The translations under genes and the position numbers were made by a program. 11,522 bases of DNA from Candidatus Methylomirabilales bacterium. GTDB lineage: Bacteria; Methylomirabilota; Methylomirabilia; Methylomirabilales; CSP1-5. Each line of letters opens with the position of its first letter. Within the stretch, counting starts at the first letter, position 1. Below, piece after piece: positions 8,781 to 11,522 of this stretch. The DNA lies in NCBI GenBank assembly GCA_046758505.1, contig JBHIAH010000082.1:1-11522 (forward strand), in the 5' to 3' direction. The notes below the pieces were generated by a model, which worked only from the letters and a program-made list of their open reading frames with translations, had not been told where the DNA came from and made no database searches.

Positions 8781-8823
8781 GTTCATGGTTCATGATCAGA
8801 TGCATTGGTTCTTACTATGAACC
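8781..8823. repeat. Degenerate minimal copy of the inverted heptamer element
   Basis: TTCATGG TTCATGA (8782-8795), a 19-nt spacer (8796-8814), then CTATGAA CC (8815-8823). Confidence 0.7.
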
Positions 8824-9608
8824 GTAGGCGGGGTGGGGTGCGCGAGCGTCGGAACAAAGATGCGAGGACCCGGTGGTGGCCGATTGCAGGGACGGCGCTA
8901 TGTGTCGCCGCGGTAGCGGGGGGCGGGTGGTGGGCCCACCAGGCCCTGCTCGGGTTCTCCTCTTTTCACGTCAGCGAGGTCCGGATCCAGGGGAATGCGC
9001 ACGTAGCGGCGGCAGAGATCATATCCCGGTTGGGGCTTCGAGCGCCGGTCAACATTCTCCAAATGAATATGGAAGAGCTGGCCGGAAGGCTCACAACGCA
9101 CCCGTGGATCTCGAGCGCCTCGATCCAGCGGCATTTTCCCTCCCGTCTGATCATCACCGTCGAGGAGCGAGAACCGGTGGCACTGCTGTCGGCAGGGAAA
9201 ACCTTCCTGCTGAGCGCCGACGCCGTCATCCTGGACGAGGTGCGGGGAGCCCCCACCCGGACCCTCCCGACCCTCCAGCCACGGTGGAGGGCCGAGTACC
9301 GGGTCGGGGCACGTGTCGACGATCCACGGCTTGTGGGGGGGCTTGACCTGCTCGGGACGCTCCGAAAGGCACCGCTGCTCCACGGGCGGCAGGTGGAACG
9401 CGTGACCGCGGAGGCGGATGGCAACTATATCCTGCGTCTGGCAGAGGGGGGAGCGCTCCTCCGGGTGAGCCCGGCGGAACCCCTCGTGCAGCTCCATCGT
9501 CTCGAAATCGCCCTGCGCCATCGGGGCAAGGGACTCCAGAGTTTTGCCTATGTGGACCTCAGATTTCCCGGCCGGGTGATCGTAAAGCCGCCGGAGAAAG
9601 GAGGGTGA
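8817..9608 (+). CDS. ftsQ: Cell division protein FtsQ/DivIB
   Basis: Basic N-terminus and one TM helix, a POTRA-like region (V.IQGN.HV...I, HPWISSASIQRHFPSRLIITVEEREP) and C-terminal YVDLRF. Lies directly upstream of ftsA. Start is uncertain (ATG 8817 or GTG 8838). Confidence 0.9.
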   Translation: MNRRRGGVRERRNKDARTRWWPIAGTALCVAAVAGGGWWAHQALLGFSSFHVSEVRIQGNAHVAAAEIISRLGLRAPVNILQMNMEELAGRLTTHPWISSASIQRHFPSRLIITVEEREPVALLSAGKTFLLSADAVILDEVRGAPTRTLPTLQPRWRAEYRVGARVDDPRLVGGLDLLGTLRKAPLLHGRQVERVTAEADGNYILRLAEGGALLRVSPAEPLVQLHRLEIALRHRGKGLQSFAYVDLRFPGRVIVKPPEKGG

Positions 9609-9611
9609 GAC

Positions 9612-10850
9612 GTGGCACGCGAGAGTAATGTGATCGTGGGACTCGACATCGGCACGACGAAGATCTGTGCCATCATTGCCGAGCTCATGGAGGACGGAGG
9701 CCTGGACATCATCGGCATTGGGAACAGTCCGTCCAAGGGGCTGCGGAAGGGGGTCGTGATCAACATCGAGGTCACGGTGGACTCCATCAAGCGCGCCCTC
9801 GAGGAGGCGGAGCTCATGGCGGGGGTGGATATCCATTCCGTCTTCGTGGGGATTGCCGGGGGCCACATCAAGGGGATCAATAGCCGCGGCGTGATCGCCG
9901 TGTCGGGCAAGAGCCGCGAGATCACTCAGAAGGATGTCGACCGGGTCATCGATGCCGCCAAGGCCGTCGCCCTCCCGGTAGATCGCGAGGTGATCCATGT
10001 CCTCCCCCAGGAGTTCATCGTGGACGGGCAGGGGGGGATCAAGGAGCCGCTGGGGATGAATGGGGTGCGCCTGGAGTCCGAGGTGCACATGGTGACCGGG
10101 GCCGTGACCTCGGCCCAGAACATCATCAAATGCTGCAACCGGGCGGGACTGGAAGTCCAGGACATCGTGCTCCAACAGTTGGCCTCGAGTCTCTCGACCC
10201 TCACCTCCGACGAAAAGGAGCTCGGCGTGGTCCTGGTGGATATCGGCGGTGGCACCTCGGACATCGCCGTCTTCGTTGAGGGGAGCATCTGGCACACGGC
10301 GGTCCTGTCGGTCGGCGGAGACCATATCACGAACGACCTCGCCATTGGCCTGCGCACGCCCGTGCATGAAGCGGAGGAGATCAAGAAGAAACAGGGGAGT
10401 GCGTTATCCTCGCTGATCGAGCGGGAGGAGAGTATCGAGGTGGGTGGAGTGGGCGGTCGACGCCCCCGCGCCATCAGCCGGCATATGCTGTGTGAGATCA
10501 TCCGGCCCCGCCTGGAGGAGATCTTTTCCCTCGTCGAGCGGGAGGTCCGGCGGGCCGGATTTGGAGAGGCGGTCGTGGCCGGAATGGTGGTCACGGGGGG
10601 CTGCTCCATCCTGCGCGGGGTTCCGGAGTTGGCCGAAGAGATCCTGAAGGTCCCGGTGAGACGTGGCGTCCCCTCAGGGGTGGCGGGTCTCGTCGACGTG
10701 GTGGCGAGCCCGATCTACGCGACGGCGGTGGGTCTGGTCCAATACGGTGTCCAGAACCGGCACCAGCGGAAGTTTCGGCGGGTGACGGAGGGGGCCCTGT
10801 TCAGCCGGGTCACCGACCGGATGCGGGAGTGGTTCGGCGAGTTCTTCTAG
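9612..10850 (+). CDS. ftsA: Cell division protein FtsA
   Basis: Motifs GLDIGTTKI, GLRKGVVINIE, VDIGGGTSD, GGDHITND, TGG and YATAVGL, plus C-terminal amphipathic helix MREWFGEFF. A GGAGG Shine-Dalgarno (9600-9604) precedes GTG 9612. Confidence 0.97.
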   Translation: MARESNVIVGLDIGTTKICAIIAELMEDGGLDIIGIGNSPSKGLRKGVVINIEVTVDSIKRALEEAELMAGVDIHSVFVGIAGGHIKGINSRGVIAVSGKSREITQKDVDRVIDAAKAVALPVDREVIHVLPQEFIVDGQGGIKEPLGMNGVRLESEVHMVTGAVTSAQNIIKCCNRAGLEVQDIVLQQLASSLSTLTSDEKELGVVLVDIGGGTSDIAVFVEGSIWHTAVLSVGGDHITNDLAIGLRTPVHEAEEIKKKQGSALSSLIEREESIEVGGVGGRRPRAISRHMLCEIIRPRLEEIFSLVEREVRRAGFGEAVVAGMVVTGGCSILRGVPELAEEILKVPVRRGVPSGVAGLVDVVASPIYATAVGLVQYGVQNRHQRKFRRVTEGALFSRVTDRMREWFGEFF

Positions 10851-10854
10851 GAGA

Positions 10855-10903
10855 GTCCAAGGTCCAATGTCCGAAGTCCGAGGTCCGACGTCGGAGGTCC
10901 GAA
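10855..10903 (+). repeat. Heptamer tandem array GTCCRAN x7
   Basis: GTCCAAG GTCCAAT GTCCGAA GTCCGAG GTCCGAC GTCGGAG GTCCGAA. Confidence 0.9.
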
Positions 10904-10919
10904 GCCAACCTCCGTCGGG

Positions 10920-10995
10920 TTCAGAGTTCATGGTTGATGGTTCATGGCCAAGCGGTGGTTCTGAATCCATGAACCCTGAACTATGAACCATGAAC
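10920..10995. repeat. Inverted heptamer element with 19-nt core (reverse-orientation homologue of 7706-7766)
   Basis: TTCAGAG TTCATGG TTGATGG TTCATGG [CCAAGCGGTGGTTCTGAAT] CCATGAA CCCTGAA CTATGAA CCATGAA. Confidence 0.93.
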
Positions 10996-11002
10996 GGCTC
11001 TT

Positions 11003-11093
11003 ACGGTCATCGGTCATCGGTCAACGGTCATCGGATACCGGTCATCGGTCAACGGTCGTCGACCTGGGGTCGTCGATCAATCGTCAACGAGGA
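11003..11093 (+). repeat. Heptamer tandem array of WCGGTCA type, degenerating towards ftsZ
   Basis: ACGGTCA TCGGTCA TCGGTCA ACGGTCA TCGGATA CCGGTCA TCGGTCA ACGGTCG, then degenerate units in the same 7-nt register up to ACGAGGA (11087-11093). Confidence 0.88.
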
Positions 11094-11109
11094 ACAAGGG
11101 GGGTGTGCG

Positions 11110-11522
11110 ATGCCGTTTCAGTTAGAAGAGGCACCTCAGAAGGCGGCCAAGATTAAAGTCGTCGGCGTCGGAGGGGGGGGCTCGAATGCGGTCAACCGCA
11201 TGGCCGTCTCCTCGATGACTGGGGTGGAGTTTATCGTGATCAATACCGACGCCCAGGCCCTTCAGTGTTCTCCCGTCGAGACCAAACTGCAGGTCGGCGA
11301 GAAGCTCACCAAGGGATTGGGGGCGGGGTCGAATCCCGATATCGGGCGGAAGGCGGCCATCGAAGATACCGACAAGATCCTGAGCCTCCTCGAGGGGGCG
11401 GACATGGTCTTCGTGACCGCGGGACTCGGAGGGGGAACCGGCACGGGCGCAACGCCGGTCATCGCAAATCTTGCCAAGGAAATGGGGGTCCTGGCGGTTG
11501 GCGTGGTGACCAAGCCCTTCCA
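11110..11522 (+). CDS. ftsZ: Cell division protein FtsZ (5' part; runs off the window)
   Basis: Not in the ORF track because there is no stop in the window. Manual translation gives [31 protein letters not shown]...INTDAQAL...[15 protein letters not shown]...[19 protein letters not shown]...VVTKPF, including the tubulin signature GGGTGTG. AAGGGGGG precedes the ATG. Confidence 0.97.
   Translation, partial: MPFQLEEAPQKAAKIKVVGVGGGGSNAVNRMAVSSMTGVEFIVINTDAQALQCSPVETKLQVGEKLTKGLGAGSNPDIGRKAAIEDTDKILSLLEGADMVFVTAGLGGGTGTGATPVIANLAKEMGVLAVGVVTKPF

Noticed and set aside
8898..10367. Long minus-strand ORFs (489 aa here; also 62-1063, 3118-4113, 6424-7611)
   Set aside because: They are antisense shadows of well-conserved GC-rich genes and show no recognisable motifs.
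10674..10991. Minus-strand ORFs crossing repeat spacers (also 7721-8278, 7800-8120, 2560-2934) with MVHGSWF-like or TSDVGPR periodic peptides
   Set aside because: The peptide periodicity is simply translation of 7-nt repeats, and the ORFs run antisense into essential genes.
1..11093. CRISPR array interpretation of the repeats
   Set aside because: The units are 7-nt tandem repeats without regularly spaced 23-47-nt direct repeats and unique spacers. There are no cas genes in the window.

Overview
GC-rich bacterial division-and-cell-wall (dcw) operon, all on the + strand: murF-mraY-murD-ftsW-murG-murC-murB-ftsQ-ftsA-ftsZ (ftsZ truncated by the window end), with no ddl between murB and ftsQ. The proteins look ordinary; the unusual part is the non-coding DNA. 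Five junctions are overlapping or only 3 nt wide and carry no repeats. The other five spaces (upstream of murF, mraY-murD, murC-murB, murB-ftsQ, ftsA-ftsZ) are largely built from 7-nt-period tandem repeats of three families: CCATGAA/TTCATGG, TCGGTCA and GTCCRAN. These form modules: inverted heptamer arms flank a 19-nt core present as two 90%-identical copies in opposite orientations, and a 41-bp cassette is duplicated exactly 7.7 kb apart. This resembles a dispersed REP/MITE-like heptamer element family. No transposase or other candidate mobilising gene is in the window. The host taxon cannot be established from the sequence alone.
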